NCBI RefSeq assembly: GCF_964204645.1
Contig: NC_134033.1
Coordinates: forward strand, 7,014,655-7,078,654
From: Tubulanus polymorphus
Lineage: Eukaryota > Animalia > Nemertea
DNA length: 64,000 nucleotides
Reading direction: 5' to 3'
Under the pieces are notes generated by a model that was given only the letters and a program-made list of their open reading frames with translations, searched no databases and had not been told where the DNA came from. Positions 1 to 14,300 of the stretch are shown one piece after another. Within the stretch, counting starts at the first letter, position 1. Every line of letters begins with the position of its first letter. Position numbers and translations under genes: made by a program.

Positions 1-884
1 ATATAATATTGACTTATTTCGACATTTCACATCAATCTGGAGAATTTAGTGAATGTATGTGAAAGTATTAACGTAATCCATAAAATCAAAATTTGTGATT
101 TTACCCGTTTCAATCGTTCCGGTGAGAACTCAAGGCCGACTGTAAAAAGTATGAAAAACACGCCAAACTCGCCGATTGTTTCAACTTGTACTGTAGACTA
201 TTAAAGAATATATAAAAATTCGTTACATGTACATAAAACATAAGTTGTGTAAACAGCCGGAGAACAGATTCTGAAACCGATAATCTCGAAAACCAACACA
301 ATCATAAAACATATCACGACCTACAAGTTTGCAATCGAATGTGGTGAAAATGGATTTGTTATGATGTAAATGGAAATAACGCTGCGAAGCAGCGATAATG
401 GATTTTCTGCAAAGCTTTACCATGCTATTTAGGTGGACGGGAAACATAGAAAATCTAAATACATACATCGCATTGACAGATTCGAACCTAATATGCAACC
501 TCAGTGTAAAGGTGCTGTAGAAGCAATAGTTATAGGATTTTATGTGTATGGGAAAAGATAGTGTGTGTGCAGTGTGCACGATAGCACACACTAGATGTAT
601 GGTTGGTGCGCACACTAAATGCAAATGGCTCGGATCACAAGGAGGGAGTATGTTGAAACGATAGAAAGATAGAACGTTATTTAGTAACTATATTTAAAAT
701 GTAAGGACCAATAAGGCTTGTAGTACTTACAAAATCAGGGTTTCAGGCCAGAGGGCGAGAGAGCGACTCATCACCACTTTTATTTTTATTTTATTATAAA
801 CGGGAAACAGAAAAGTATTCTTAGCGTCCATAAATAACAAAATACAATACGAAAAACAATAAACAAAAAAACAATACGAAATAA

Positions 885-1640
885 AACAAGAGCCCCAAGG
901 GGCACTATGGTCAACCTGTCAGATTCTCATAAAATGGAAAATTATGCATTCTGTGGGTTAAATTTGTCCAAATACACGGCACAACTCATAGACTAGTCAA
1001 TCCCAGGCTAATAATTTACACAATTCAATCGTGTTTTCAAAAGTAGCACAGATAGCGACTGGAGCTGGCAGGAACAAATACCTCAGATAGATCTATTCCC
1101 TAGGTCTTATTGATTTGAATGCGGAATATAATTGAATTTTCTGGAATTTGCTCAACAAAACAAAATTGAATTGGATTTGCTGTTTTATCTTGTTCAATAA
1201 AGTAAAATTGAATTGGATTTGATATTTTTTGCAGAATAAAATTTGATTGAATTTGCAGTTTGACCACTTGGCTAATTAGCATATCAAGGTCATCCATCTG
1301 ATTTGAGAAAAAGCTTTTTTTCCCGGACTTTGCACAATTGTCAATGATATTTTCTGTAGTGCAAATAGAAATATTCCTCCCAAAAACCAAATTAACTAAA
1401 GATTTCGCAGAAATTAATATTGAAATACAATTTTAGATCTTAAAATAAAACCCGGAAGTAAAATGGTAGACGATACCGCGGGTTCACGTAAACACCTGCT
1501 GATCTCTGCGGCTAAGCCAATCATAGAGGAGTCTTTGCTTTCTGATTTGCTTTTTAAAACCGATATTTTTGCGATCAGATTTTCGCAAAAAAGCTCATAT
1601 AAATTTTAACGAAGCCCTCTTTCAAAAATTCAGGTTCATA
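885..1640. repeat. Dispersed non-autonomous repeat inserted in copy 1; related copy at ~18820-19190
   Basis: AAACAAGAGCCCCAAGGGGCACTATGG...TTGGCTAATTAGCATATCAAGGTCATC matches AAACAAGAGCCCCACGGGGCACTACGA...TTGGCTAATTAGCATATTAAGGTCATC at 18820. Right end approximate. Confidence 0.6.
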
Positions 1641-2619
1641 GGGGTTGGAGAACCAATCAAAATCAGTACAATTACAAATCCAGTTGAATAATAAAAATAT
1701 TTGTCTCATGATTTAGAAGGAGTAGAAATAACATTTTCATCTTAATTAACAACATTTTCATAATTTTTTTTTCCTTTTTTAGCTTTTTATATTATTTTGA
1801 TTTAATTCCTAATTGCCGAGACCATTCAATTTGATTCTGTGTTCTCGATTTTTTCTTCACAGTTAATTCTTGCACCTCTTCCACTTTGCTCATTTATTTT
1901 AGAGAAATTGTTATTATCAATGTTTGAAAATGTTATAACTCCAGTTGATACTAATTTCATAAATCCACCTAATTGAAATGATAAATATCCAATCCATTTA
2001 TTTGATTCAGTCAAAACTAAATAAATTTTTTTTTAAATCGGAATATAATTTATTTTCATCTTCAATTGGTAGCATGGAATTAAATATTTTAGAATAACCT
2101 TTTACCACATTTTCTGATATATCGTCACTAATTCTAGCAATTCTCGCAATTTCATGAATCTTTTAAATAATTTGATAATTTGATCAGATTTCATTATATC
2201 TAATTCATTATAAGTTAAATTTTTGCATTTTCCAGGTGCAATTAATATTTCTAATTGATGTTTACTATAAAGATTAAATAGAAATTATTATTTGTTGTAA
2301 TATCATTTAAAGCACCATTATCTTAAGTTAATTTTGTTTCCGTTATTCCTAAATCATCCAAAGTTTTTCAATTGGAACATCGCTATTTTAAGATTTCATA
2401 TTCTTTTCACCTCCCTTTTATATAGCAAAAGATTAGTTGTAATAACTAAAATTTAACTAGGATGTGACAAAAATTGTACTAGATAAACAAGCTAGTTGAA
2501 TTATTATTGTTTTTATTCATTACTTGTTATTATAAGTATTACTTGTATTTATTCAATGAGAATGTGGCTAAAAATGTACTAGATTAACAAGCGAGTTGAG
2601 TTTAAATAAATTCATATTT

Positions 2620-3213
2620 AAATGGGTGTTGTAATCGACATACCAATTTTGATCTTTTGTTGTTTTTTAATTCATCCATATATTCATTTGGTAAATCATG
2701 TGGAATAATATCATTTTCCTTAAGTGCATTTGTCATTGATTTTCTATCTTTAATATAGAATTTTACTAAAAATTTATGTTGTCTCTATAATCTTTAACAA
2801 TTGAATTATACTCTTGATTCAAAACCAATCTTGTTATCCAAAAATGTCTATCAGAAAAAGCTAAATAACATAATTCCGTACCTCTAATTTTTGAATCATG
2901 TAAATTTGCACAATCATCGATAATAAATAATGTATTTGTTCCTTAATAAATATCAATTGCTATTATAATGCAATTATCTAAATTATCTAACTTTAACTGT
3001 TTTAGGATCTAATACAATAAATTTATTATTTCTAGTAATATTTTTTATTATCAGTTAGATTAAATATATATGTTAGACAAAATGATACTATATTATCAAA
3101 ATAGTTTTTTATAAATTGTTTCTAAAAAATTCAAAATAAGATGTTTTTCCACAATTTGTTACATCAGAAATTAACATATTATGAGGTTCAAATATAAACA
3201 ATTCCATATTCAT
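2620..3213 (-). pseudogene. Packaging ATPase (A32/FtsK-HerA type) of Polinton copy 1, disrupted
   Basis: Manual translation: MNMELFIFEPHNMLISDVTNCGK (degenerate Walker A) and TNTLFIIDDCANLHDSK (Walker B); stops and frameshifts present. Confidence 0.75.
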
Positions 3214-3224
3214 TTATTTATTTT

Positions 3225-4225
3225 TAATTCTAATTGATAATATCCATTCATTAAATTCATCTGGCCATCCAACCCATTTTACTAAAGAATTTTTTTTCTT
3301 TTAACAGTATTTGTTTTAATTACTTTTTCAATTTCATATTCTTGTTCTAGTTTTTCAGTAGTTAAACTTAATTGTTCATCATAAAATACCCATCAACTTT
3401 GTCACCATCTACATCCTCTTAATTAGTAGACATATGCTTTTGTTGTTAATCCTTTTTTATTTTATATATTCTCTAGTAAAATTACGATCATATCATTTAT
3501 AAAATATCTTTTTATACTTTGATATTCTAACATTTTGACCAACTTTATATTTAGTTTCACCAAAAACATCTACAAGAAATGCACCACATAAATTATTCCA
3601 AACAATTTCAGCATTTTCAGGTTTTCTAGCAACAATAGGTTTCTATCCAATAGATGAATGATTAATTATTATATCTTTCTATTAATTTTGGTAAAATATC
3701 AATCCATTTAAAAGTATCATTTGCTAAAAATATTTCCACATTCTTGTTCTTAATGTTCTAATAAATCGTTCAACAACTGCTGCTTTTTTATCCGATTTTG
3801 AGTCCATGAACTAATGAATGATGAAATTCTTTCACGTCATCAAATTTTTTTCTGGTTTCACTTTACCTGAAAGAATATTTCTTTAAAATGTTGATGTTTG
3901 TACAGCATCATTTCTGGGTAGTGGGAAACTCCATACATAACGACTAAAAATTTTTAATCATATTCGATATCCACCAATAAGCATTATTATCTTTTTAAAG
4001 ATTTTTCATATCAATCAAATCTCCCTGCCATTGTTGATCTACATAACTTACCATAGTCATAGATTTTGATATTATCTTACAATTCCTTTATGTGTTGTGT
4101 ATGTTGGTTTTTCTAACATAAATTCATTTATATCTTTATATTGAACTGAATTTTGCGGGATTATCTTATTTCATTTATCTTGTTTTACTTCACGCCATAT
4201 AATTTTTACAGAAAGATAGGCAACT
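3225..4225 (-). pseudogene. rve (retroviral-type) integrase with C-terminal chromodomain, copy 1, disrupted
   Basis: MVSYVDQQWQGDLIDMK, KKAAVVERFIRTLR, and chromodomain-like YEIEKVIK...LVKWVGWPDEFNEWI. Confidence 0.85.
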
Positions 4226-5058
4226 AAATAAATTAAAACACCTTTAATAGATCTTCTAGGAAAGGTAATATTTTCATTTATCATTTCATCACTTGCATTG
4301 ATAGTTTCAGTTTTAAATTTATCTATATCGTCATATGATAATGAAAATCCCTGATTATATCGAGTTTGAATTGTGTTAGCAATATTTTCATTAGTTATTG
4401 TATTTCATTCTAAACACGTATTTGATTATTATTTATAACCCACATCTTTAATTACACTAAATAATAAAATTTCATTCACAGGGGCAAAAGTTATTTCAAA
4501 TATAATATCTTCTTGAATTGCATATTTATATAAAGGTGCATTATTAGTCATTAATTCAAAATCTAATGGAATTTTATATTTACTACCATAGAGCGTTTTA
4601 ATCAAATTATCCACGGTATTAGTTACTATTGCGTTATTAGCTTTTGATCTCAAATTATTTTGGTTTTCTCTTTGAATTCCTTGAAATATCATACTTTTTT
4701 CTATTTTCTTTACTTAACCATCAATCTTTATAATGTGCAAATAAATTATAATCAGCTAATGTCAAAAAACAGTTTCTGGGCCAATTTTAATAGTTGATTT
4801 TTGTATCAAATATCTACCAACATTATCTACAACATAATTATTATTATTACCAGTTAATTCTATATCAGCTGATATATAAATACTATCTGAAACATAAAAA
4901 TTATTTTGATTTAATCTCGGAATTCTAACTTATAGAGTCTCATTTGGATTGATATTTGAAGGATTATGAGTAATTATATGATGATTACGTTCTGCTTTAA
5001 TTGCCTTAGATATTCTAGAATTAATTGAAGGATCAAAACATATTCCATTCACCATTCA
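4226..5058 (-). pseudogene. Major capsid protein, copy 1, C-terminally deleted
   Basis: YGSKYKIPLDFELMTNNAPLYKYAIQEDIIFEITFAP is nearly the same as ORF 25566-26039. Joins directly to integrase sequence at ~4226. Confidence 0.7.
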
Positions 5059-5079
5059 TTAAGAAAAAAGATTTCTTTA

Positions 5080-6040
5080 ATTATGTTTTATCCTATTCAC
5101 GCATCCAAAAATAATTGCACTTACAACTGTTCTTAAAAATAATGTTATATGTTCTGCAGCAAAACTAATAATACTTCCAACAGATTTTAATACAAAACTA
5201 ACGATCGATACTATAACTCCAGGTAAAGCTGCAGCAGATTTTTAGATAGTTCCCATAAATATTTTGCTAATTTTTTCTAACCATCTAAAACTTCATCTTG
5301 TATTGAATTATTATTATTCAGTTTTTTATCTGGTTTATGAGGACTTTTTAGGCTAAACAAAAATGATACCTTGTTTCTCCGCAGCGGCCGGGTCATTTTT
5401 GTAAAATATGATAAAATTTGTAAACAGTTCATTTCTATAGCGGCCGGTTCTGTTATGGTAAAATTGATCACGATTTTAAAAAAAAGTAATGTATAAGGTA
5501 GATAGGCGGCCGGCCGGGTCAACATTTAAGCTCAGCAGAGCGGAGAAACAAGGTATCAATTTTTTTTAGCCTTAGATCTAGATTTTAATGAATTTGATAT
5601 AGATAAACCATTGTTGTAAATACCATAGTTATTGCTGTTAAAATTGAAAGAATTGTTATACCTTCTAATTCAAATAATGATTTCATTCTATCTTTCAATG
5701 TTAATTCGGAATTTGCTTTAAATCTAAATCTTTTAATTTGATTAGCACCTGATAATAAATCATTTTTAAAACAATTTTCTTTAATATAATCAATTTCTTC
5801 TTCTGAACGTTATTCTTTTTCTTTATATTCTATTTCATCAATTACTTGACGATCCAAATCAGATCTTAATTAATCTAATTCTTTATTTAATTTAAAAAAT
5901 TTATCTTGTAAAGTCATAATTTTTTCATCTCTTTCAAATTTCATCTCAGAAACTTTAAGAGCTTAACTTCTAATACTTATCATTTCTCTAATTGCTTCAC
6001 CAGAAAGTGATTTATTTAGATCAAGATCTAAAATATGACG
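5080..6040 (-). pseudogene. Coiled-coil/membrane protein C-terminal part, copy 1, interrupted by a MITE
   Basis: Homologous to 26371-26796 (YLWELSKKSAAALPGVI). Confidence 0.7.
5351..5571. mobile_element. MITE, probably PIF/Harbinger type
   Basis: TIRs GGCTAAACAAAAATGATACCTTGTTTCTCCGC / GCGGAGAAACAAGGTATCAATTTTTTTTAGCC; 3-bp TTA TSD (5348-5350, 5572-5574); absent from the homologous site in copy 2 (~26640). Confidence 0.8.
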
Positions 6041-8127
6041 GTGAGAAAGGTTCATCCATTTGGAAGAAATCACGACCAGAAAGAAACTGTCCATGATGGG
6101 TTTCTGTGTAATTGTTTCTGTTTCATTCACCGAACTCGCTGTCAACAAGGTATATTTCTAAAAGGAAATATACTGCGACAGGTGGTTTTGCAAAGTCATT
6201 AAAAATCAAGATCCTATTGTATCTAAGGATACAATTATTCCGATTTTGGAGAGAGAGAAGTCATAAAGAATGAATAAATTAATGAAGATTACAAAATCGG
6301 AAGTAACAAACGAACAGTTTAAAAGCGGAAGCACCCGTCGCGATAAAATGAAGATTTAAATATTACAAAATCATTATGAAAAACGAAATGAAAAGAAACA
6401 AATGCTACCGTTGATAGTATTCACGTACAAATTGTAGAATGAGAATAGAAAATTTAATTGAATACAAGTTCCGAGAAGAGCAAAGAGATTTAGACAATCA
6501 ATTCGGCGGCTTGAAATAAAGAAACTGCTTAAAAAATGAATAAACTCGAATGCAAGATCCTTGCTTCCGAATAATTTGTTAATTACAAGGGTAGACCTAA
6601 GGTTCATATAAATCTATATTTTTGAATTTAGAAATCAGGGGATCTAAAAATAGTATTCATCATTACGGGACGTCGATTCAGAAATTAATTTTTCAGGGAA
6701 GAGCCGATCAGCCTTCCAGAAAGGGAATGCGCATCATCCGTGAGTGTCGCAAAAAATTATCTCATTGCTAATTAAAGTTGAAAAATAACATGTACGTTGT
6801 TTTCTGAATACTAAAAGATTCTTGATTTTATTTGTGTTCTGTCTACTTAATTGCGGAAATCCGATGTATTTGCAGTACTGGGAACAATAAAGTATTGAAT
6901 AAAGTAACAATTAAGTATATTTGATGAGTATCAATAAAGTATATTTGAACTTGAATTTGAGCCCACTAGGTGGTGGTATTGGAAGACACCAGGTGGTTCG
7001 ATCAACTTAATATGCTCCAGCGCCGTGGCGCTGTCGCAAAAAGGCGATTCTCGATATAAATAGTAATGGGTTTTCCCCGCGGGATACCCGCTTTGGGAAA
7101 GGCACCTGAATCGATGCTACGAGTTCGAATCCCAATATTTAGACGTAATTTATTATTCTTTGAAATAAATTCTTAGAATTTCTATTTATGATAGGATGTG
7201 CAGGTTTTGATTTGGTAATGATGTTAATAAAAGTTAACCTCTTAAGGTATTGTTTTCTATCTATTATTTGTGACGGATTAGTTTCGATGCTCCTCACAAC
7301 CCGCCCCATCACGTGTCACTTATTCACGGACACGCGGATTGTATCATTTGTAATAGGCCTACCACATGAAAGAGTCCATGGCCTACCGTAGAATAGTAGG
7401 GCCTACCGATCACGCTATGTGCGATGAAAGTAGTGTTTGAATAAAACAAATTTTTAATGAAATAAACATTATTTATCATAATTAATCAATAGATCAGGTG
7501 CCGCCTAAATAATTGTTTGTTTCGTGAAATTTGTACAAAACTTTGCGACTTCGTCATGTCTTGTGACCCTGAAAATACTAGAAGAATCATCGGTAAGCTT
7601 ATAAAACGGCGAGGTCAACATAGTAACAACAACTTCGGGGACTGAAAAAAAAAACTCGAAAGAATTATTTCTTATACTGATGAGTTATACTGATGGGGAG
7701 TAGCGACCGTCATTGACACCGGTTATTTATCCATTCACTATCAAATGTGACGAGCCCAATAAATGATTGCGCATATATTCGGCCTCTCAGCATTTAGCAC
7801 AGCAGTTCCGAGAAGTGTTAAGACCGATCAGCGCGCTTGCTATCTAAAACCGGTGCTAGTACGATCAATATCTACAGGTATATACGTGTTCAGTATTACA
7901 CAGCGAGTACCAGTATGTTGATCGAGCGTCGTCGTAGCAACGCGCTATACAGCGGCTTGAACTAGCGAGTAACGTTAATTATCTTTTAACCAAATTAGAG
8001 CACTTATAACCATCGGAATCAAATATAAACCAAGCTGCACCATCTACATCAAGTAGAGATTACCTGTGTGAAATTACAGAATTGTCGGTCCACACAAACA
8101 GCTTAAATCGTGTCATAAAGAAACATC

Positions 8128-8129
<2 letters not shown>

Positions 8130-8177
<48 letters not shown>
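8130..8177. repeat. (GACA)n microsatellite
   Basis: Direct reading. Confidence 0.9.
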
Positions 8178-8803
8178 TATGACGACGATGCCATAGATGG
8201 GTTCGTCTGACGACGAAACCCATCAAAATGAAATGAAACAATATCATATCTCGTTACTATGGACATGTGTTTCCATGGAAGTCTATGTAACTGTAACTGT
8301 AGCTGTTTGTTGTACCGAAGAAGGCTAAATGGCCGAAATATCTACAACTTAAGATAATATAACAAGATATCTCAATTGGTCAGTTTCTGACCATCATGGT
8401 GTCACCATTGTGGTCTATAGCTCAAATGAAACATGTGGAACCGACGAAGGGGCCCAAAAGCGTAAGTCATTTCCTGAGTTATATGTGATCCAAAAAAAGC
8501 TGGAAACGGCAGTCTCTGGAAAAGGCAGTCTCTCAATTGGGTGAAACCAAATCGGACAGGACAATTAAAATTTGGGAAGGCCACGTACAGGCATTGGTCT
8601 TTCTACGAAGCCAACGCGGTGCGCGTATTATTATGAAATTTTTTTTCACCATGTACCACATGAAGTAGGTCTACCGTAATAAGCATTGTTGTAAGCACTT
8701 GAAACACCCATTAACGACTTGAAACTGTCAGATCAAACATCATACCGCATCCCCGCAAAGAGGGGTAGTTCAGCAAACCGGGGTTTGCATTGGCCTCTCT
8801 ACA

Positions 8804-9422
8804 CACAGGCACTTGAATATGGGCTTTGATAATGGATAAATATTTGATAATTTACCAGCGATACGTTGTTCCTACTGCGATAGATCCGCCATGTATTATA
8901 GTAAATTTACCCATTATGCAACGCGCGCCGGTCGTTTAGCTATACTATACAGAAAGGCTGGAAACGCTCCTATCTCCGTAATGCTTAAATCTACCCGCAG
9001 TTATCGGGACAGCGGTGACGCCACAGCAATCCCGAAGAGGCATCGCGAATTTTCAAAAATCAATTTTGTTGCCATTTAAAATCTTTAATGGAGCTAAAAC
9101 AGTGTCAATGTTTCCAAAAAAATCATCTACAATTGAAATTATGGGCGCTCCTTATATTTCAGGATTAAAATTGACACTAAGGACGTACTTCGCCAATCAT
9201 CGGCAGTGTTCGGCTGTCCCGATAACTGCGGGGAGATTTAAGCATCACGGAGATAGGAGCGTTTCCAGCCTTTCTGTATAGTATAGCTAAACGACCGGCG
9301 CGCGTTGCATCATGGGTAAATTTATTATAAAACATGGCGGATCTATCGCATTAGGAACAACGTATCGCTGGTAAATTATCAAATATTTATCCATTATCAA
9401 AGCCCATATTCAAGTGCCTGTG
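8804..9422. mobile_element. Foldback MITE with ~200-bp TIRs and 7-bp TSD
   Basis: Ends CACAGGCACTTGAATATGG / CCATATTCAAGTGCCTGTG; TSD CTCTACA at 8797-8803 and 9423-9429. Confidence 0.85.
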
Positions 9423-10599
9423 CTCTACACTACCCCGCCAGTACGGGTAGCCGAGCAAACCTTCTTTATCGGTGCAGTGGGTAGATATTTTCAACTGACT
9501 TTCTTCTTCTAAGACATCACCAACACCGCTGCGTCACGATGTGATGTACAAGGGACTCCCAATTTGTAATGTATATGATGTACAAACTGACTTTAGACCG
9601 TTTAATATCGGCGACAACAAGATAACACCGACGCTGACATTTTCTGACGCTAAGTAGAATAACCGCTAATGCGGCCTAATGGAATGGACCAATTCAATTC
9701 AATATAAAAAACGCGTACCGGTACAATAGATAAATAAACCCTGTTGAATTTTCGTAGTATCGATATCCGCAAACAAAACAAATATTATTAGGCCTATAGA
9801 ATGTTTAAAAGGAATTCTTTTTATAACTGAGTATGAATAAACTTATTTCACAAACAAGGAAGTACAGTTTGAACTTGCGAATGGTCGAACCCCAATTATT
9901 CACAGTAACCGGTGATTTGGAAATTCTCGGAGCCTTCCTTTTTCATTTATCTATGAAATGGCGTTACGAACTTCCAGATTGCACAAGTCTGCGCCATGAT
10001 TGGCGATTTCTATTTCCACCGGTGCTATCTTTAAGTAATTTTAAGGTGAAAATAGGATGCACAGTGCATCCATAGAATCTACGCGGATAAAGAGACTGTT
10101 ATATTTCTATCAGAGTTTAACATTTCGTTTAAAAATTGTTAGTGGTCGAATCTGATAGATGATTTTTATTTGACGATACTAAGTGGAAAATATGTTAAAA
10201 TAATAATCAGCAGGAATACAATAGCGTTTCTGCGAAGGCAGCCAGAAACCCTTACAAATGGCACCTGCATTTATTAGTGTTGTAGGACCGGCAATTGTAA
10301 ATACAGTAGCATTTCTGTGGAAGTTATTTATTAAAAAATGAAAAAAATATCGTTCATCAATCTTTCTATGATTCTTAAACCTCAACAATAGAACAACATA
10401 TATTGAAATCCTAAAACTAAAAATTACTACAGTTCGTGTGCAGTGGAGAAATAAAGTACACAACATCTTGGCGCAGCGGCGCGCCGTGCTGATGTAACTG
10501 ATGATGATGGTTCATCAATCACAACCAAAGCGACAAAATTTAACAATAGAAAAACTATAGTGGAGCCAGTGAAGAAAATGGAGAAGACGAAATTATATT

Positions 10600-11155
10600 G
10601 ATTACATAAAAAACAAATGTCATGAAGTGAATACAGTATGCCTCGACAACGAGTTGTTTAAAAAAATCATTGAATATAGTTTTCAAATTTTAACCATGCG
10701 GTGATTTGGCATTATGTATATCCTTATAGTTGAATCTGATTCATACGATGGTATTGTGCACCAGGTTTTCATTTCCTATTCTATCACCGGCAAACTGTAC
10801 TCAGTTTACGTAGATTTTCCTCGTACAATTGTCCCTGGTTTAAAAGCCGTATGCGCTGATTGTAAGCAGCAAAACGTTTTGTGAAAAACGTGTTTTCTAA
10901 TTTGATGAAACAAAACACATGTGGTGTGCGTTGGTGTTTAAACTCGTTAAACGGCAATAATTCCAAATCTTAAGTCTGTTTTGAATTCAAAATTATGAGG
11001 TTAAAAGCTAACGTGATTGTAATTACCTTAAGAAAATTTGCACCCGATGGCCCGAGAATTACGCCTCCAATCACGTAGCCGAACATACATGGTAAATATA
11101 TGATATTGCATATGGCGCTAACCAGAAACGACACGAATACCATTGCAATAATGTC
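10600..11155. repeat. ~550-bp dispersed direct repeat; second copy at ~19528-20075
   Basis: GATTACATAAAAAACAAATGTCATGAAGTGAATACAG...CCATTGCAATAATGTC present at both loci. Confidence 0.85.
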
Positions 11156-11359
11156 CTGTAAAATGACGAACCATACCGTTCTCGTTAATACATATTTCAG
11201 AACTGTTGATTTAGCGAATGATTGATTCAGAAAGTAACACAGCTATCGTATGTGCGGCAGGGTTGTTATACCACGGTGACTTATACCTGAATGAGTTGAT
11301 GATCTTCATGAGGAACAGTAGAATCTTTGGCCTTACTCATTACGTATTGATTATCGTGT

Positions 11360-14300
11360 GAATCAACTAATTTCATACTTATTTCATTTGGCCTCTGTCT
11401 TGTAAGATTTGAACCTTCTTCCCCATGACGATTAGCGGGTAGGCGAATAACTGCTTCAACTTCTCTTCCATTGCCCTATTGAAAGATGATTTTTGATACA
11501 AAGATAGACGGACAGATTAAACAACTACATTTGAAACTGCTTGTTTTAATAAAATTATAACACAACCTCATCGCCAGCAATCGCTTTGTCAAATATATGA
11601 TCATCTAAATCGTTTTCGAGTACGTCCGCTGCTCTGGCAACATCATGCAGGAGCCCATCTACAACTCGTTCTATTTTAGAATCCGCGGTGGTATTTTCGT
11701 GATCCAGTAAAAATATAACAAATTGTTATCGAAATAATTGCAAATATTAGTATCGTTTTCGTCTTTGAGTCAACTTCAATGAAGTATAACGAAGTTAGAC
11801 TTCAAAGTACAATATACATAGTATTATACATATAATACACATATCGATAGACCGATTTCCAATGGTCTGTAAAAATAGCGAATGGCTTACTTGCACATCC
11901 TTTAAGCGATCACCTTCGGCCTTTATAATGTCGTTGTATTCTTGTTGTTCTTTCAGCACTGCATCGTTCAAAGCATCGAGCCTCATTTTACTATTCTTTT
12001 TTATATTTAGAAACTCTTTGAAATTTCCGGAAAGTGCTTCTTCCAGCCAGTTCAAGGCTTCGTATATCAAATTTTCACCGTCATTCAGTTCTTCTTCAAA
12101 TATCTAAATTCAGAGGAAAGTTACGTTTACGACAGGAAAGCATTTGGTAGCTTTGGGTCCGATCAGTAGAGTGATCTGTGTGCATTTGCTGGCCAGCACA
12201 CAGATCACAACGATCATTGCCAGTCAATTCGGCTGGTGATTTTTTGTCAATGTGTGAAAGCGGTTACTGATGAATGCGAGTTAGGAAATCCAAGGAAAAT
12301 GTTAGAAAAATAGGGCGGTGAGGGCAGTATTCAAACCCGGGCTAGCAATTTACAATTGTAGCAAGTTTCCAGGCTTTTGGGATCCATTCTAATGCACTCC
12401 CTGACCCTGCTTGACGCAGCCATCGTAATGTCACGTGAGTGCTTCGTTGAATGATGCGTAGTTTGCAATAGACGTAGACTGGCGCGGTTCCTGAACTTCG
12501 CTGAAAAAGCTGAAACGCTGAAAATGAAACGCTGAAATTTCAGAGAATTCCAGAAAAACGCTGAAATTTCAGGGAATTTCCGAAAAACGCTGAAATCGTG
12601 CTAGGAACCGACGATACACGTTTTGAAAATTTTTCCAAGCCCGGTGTCTGCTGCCGGGTCCTAAACCGTGCTTTTGTCTTTACCGAATTTTTTCGGGTTA
12701 CAGAGATACGCCTACAAGGTCGTTGTCTTCGGCTCCCTTCAACATTTCATTTTCAACTGGCATCAGACCACAATTAATAGGTTAGTAGCTTGAAGATGCG
12801 TATGGCCGGACCATAGTAGCTAGAGTGAAGAAGAGGTAGAAGAGGATGAGATAGTGGTCTGAGCTCAACTTTTGATCGATTGATGGAGGACCTCATTTCC
12901 TTGACAAGAAGAGCCGGAATCTTCAGTTGAATCAGGAGGAACAATAATTGTTCAGGACAAACTGTATAACATGATACCTACTAGCCAAAAATTAGTTCAA
13001 ACTGCAGTTCCAAAAACTACCATCATGCTTCCCCAAAATGGAAAATAAATAAATAATATTTTACTTTCATTTGTCTGTGCATCATGATATAAATTGTTGT
13101 TATGAGCTAACAATGAAGTTTTCACTACATTTGAATAAATTCTTAACTACAGTAATTCTAATTCTCAATTGTTTTTATTATTGTTTGGTTATTCCTTGCA
13201 ACTTCTCATTTCCACGTTTCATACAAGAAGTAGTTGAATGAAAGTACAGTTATGCTGAACCTGACAACCAATGATAAGTGCTAGCATCGAGATTTGATTA
13301 TTTCGATTTTATTTTCGGTGTCATTGAAATTCGTAAATAAAGGTTCAATTGTCATTGTACTTAGCTTAGCTTAGATTGGGTTTCATGTTTCTACATTTTC
13401 TACAAGGAGGCCTTAAAGGGTAGTCCCCGGGTAGAAGTCAAAACTTGGTTTCCATTCTCAATTTGCTGGAGACTACCATCTGCATTCATACCTCGATTTG
13501 TCTGGCCTATGAGAGTCGAACAACATTTTCCCATGCACAGGCTTGGCTTTAGAGTAGATAAAGGCTAGGCACTGCACATTGTGGATTAACTGAAACTCTA
13601 AACTTTCAAAATGAAACGAGTCAACAAGAAAGATCCAATAATTGAACGTTTATCTAACTATATTAATTAACAGCTTAAGAGATATACATTATACATTATA
13701 CACAAAAGAAATCAGTTCTACATTTTATCCGAATCAAGCGTTAAAGCCACAGATTCGCTTAGCTTGGGCTTGAATTCTGGTTCCATTGCATCGTATTCTA
13801 TTGAATATCGCTTAGCTTTTAAAGACTACAAATTTGGTCCCAGGAAAACCAAGTAAAGCGGGGTACTACTGTACATCAGCTGTTGACTTATTTTTCTCTG
13901 GTCGAATCAAGTTATTACTGAATGAAATATAATCACTGCTGCTACAAGAAGTCTTTTCTCAGTATCTGTATGTCCATCTTAGCAAATCAACTTGGTCCAT
14001 GATTCCTTCTTTTAAAAATAAGAATTGTTACATTTTTCTAACAGATGCTATGGCATTTCTTTAAAAAACCTGATGATTTTCTCACCACAGCAAATAAATT
14101 ATTCGCTATTGTTAAATCCATTCCATGCGCAAAATGAATTAAAAAGAAATTAAGTAAAATCCCTTTTGTCCAAAAGCCGCATCATCATTATAACTAGCTA
14201 TCAAATTTAACTTACCTCAAGTCTCCAACAGAGAATACCACAGTCGCCCATAGTCATGCGTGACGTGTTGAAAAGAAAAGTGGTTCTCATAATCATATTT

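Larger units (their letters stand above)
722..6040 (-). mobile_element. Partial, decayed Polinton/Maverick relic (copy 1); left terminus present, right part missing
   Basis: Starts AGTACTTACAAAATCAGGGTTTCAGGCCAGAGGGCGAGAGAGCGACTCATCACCAC, similar to the TIR at 20300. Colinear with 20950-26800 (membrane protein, MCP, integrase) and also carries an ATPase. Right boundary approximate. Confidence 0.85.

Noticed and set aside
8804-9422. Transib/RAG RSS-like element
   Set aside because: End is CACAGGC, not CACAGTG; no nonamer seen; TSD is 7 bp.
12165-12210. Helitron 3' terminus
   Set aside because: A hairpin is present, but I found no convincing CTRR end or A|T target, so the repeat is left unclassified.
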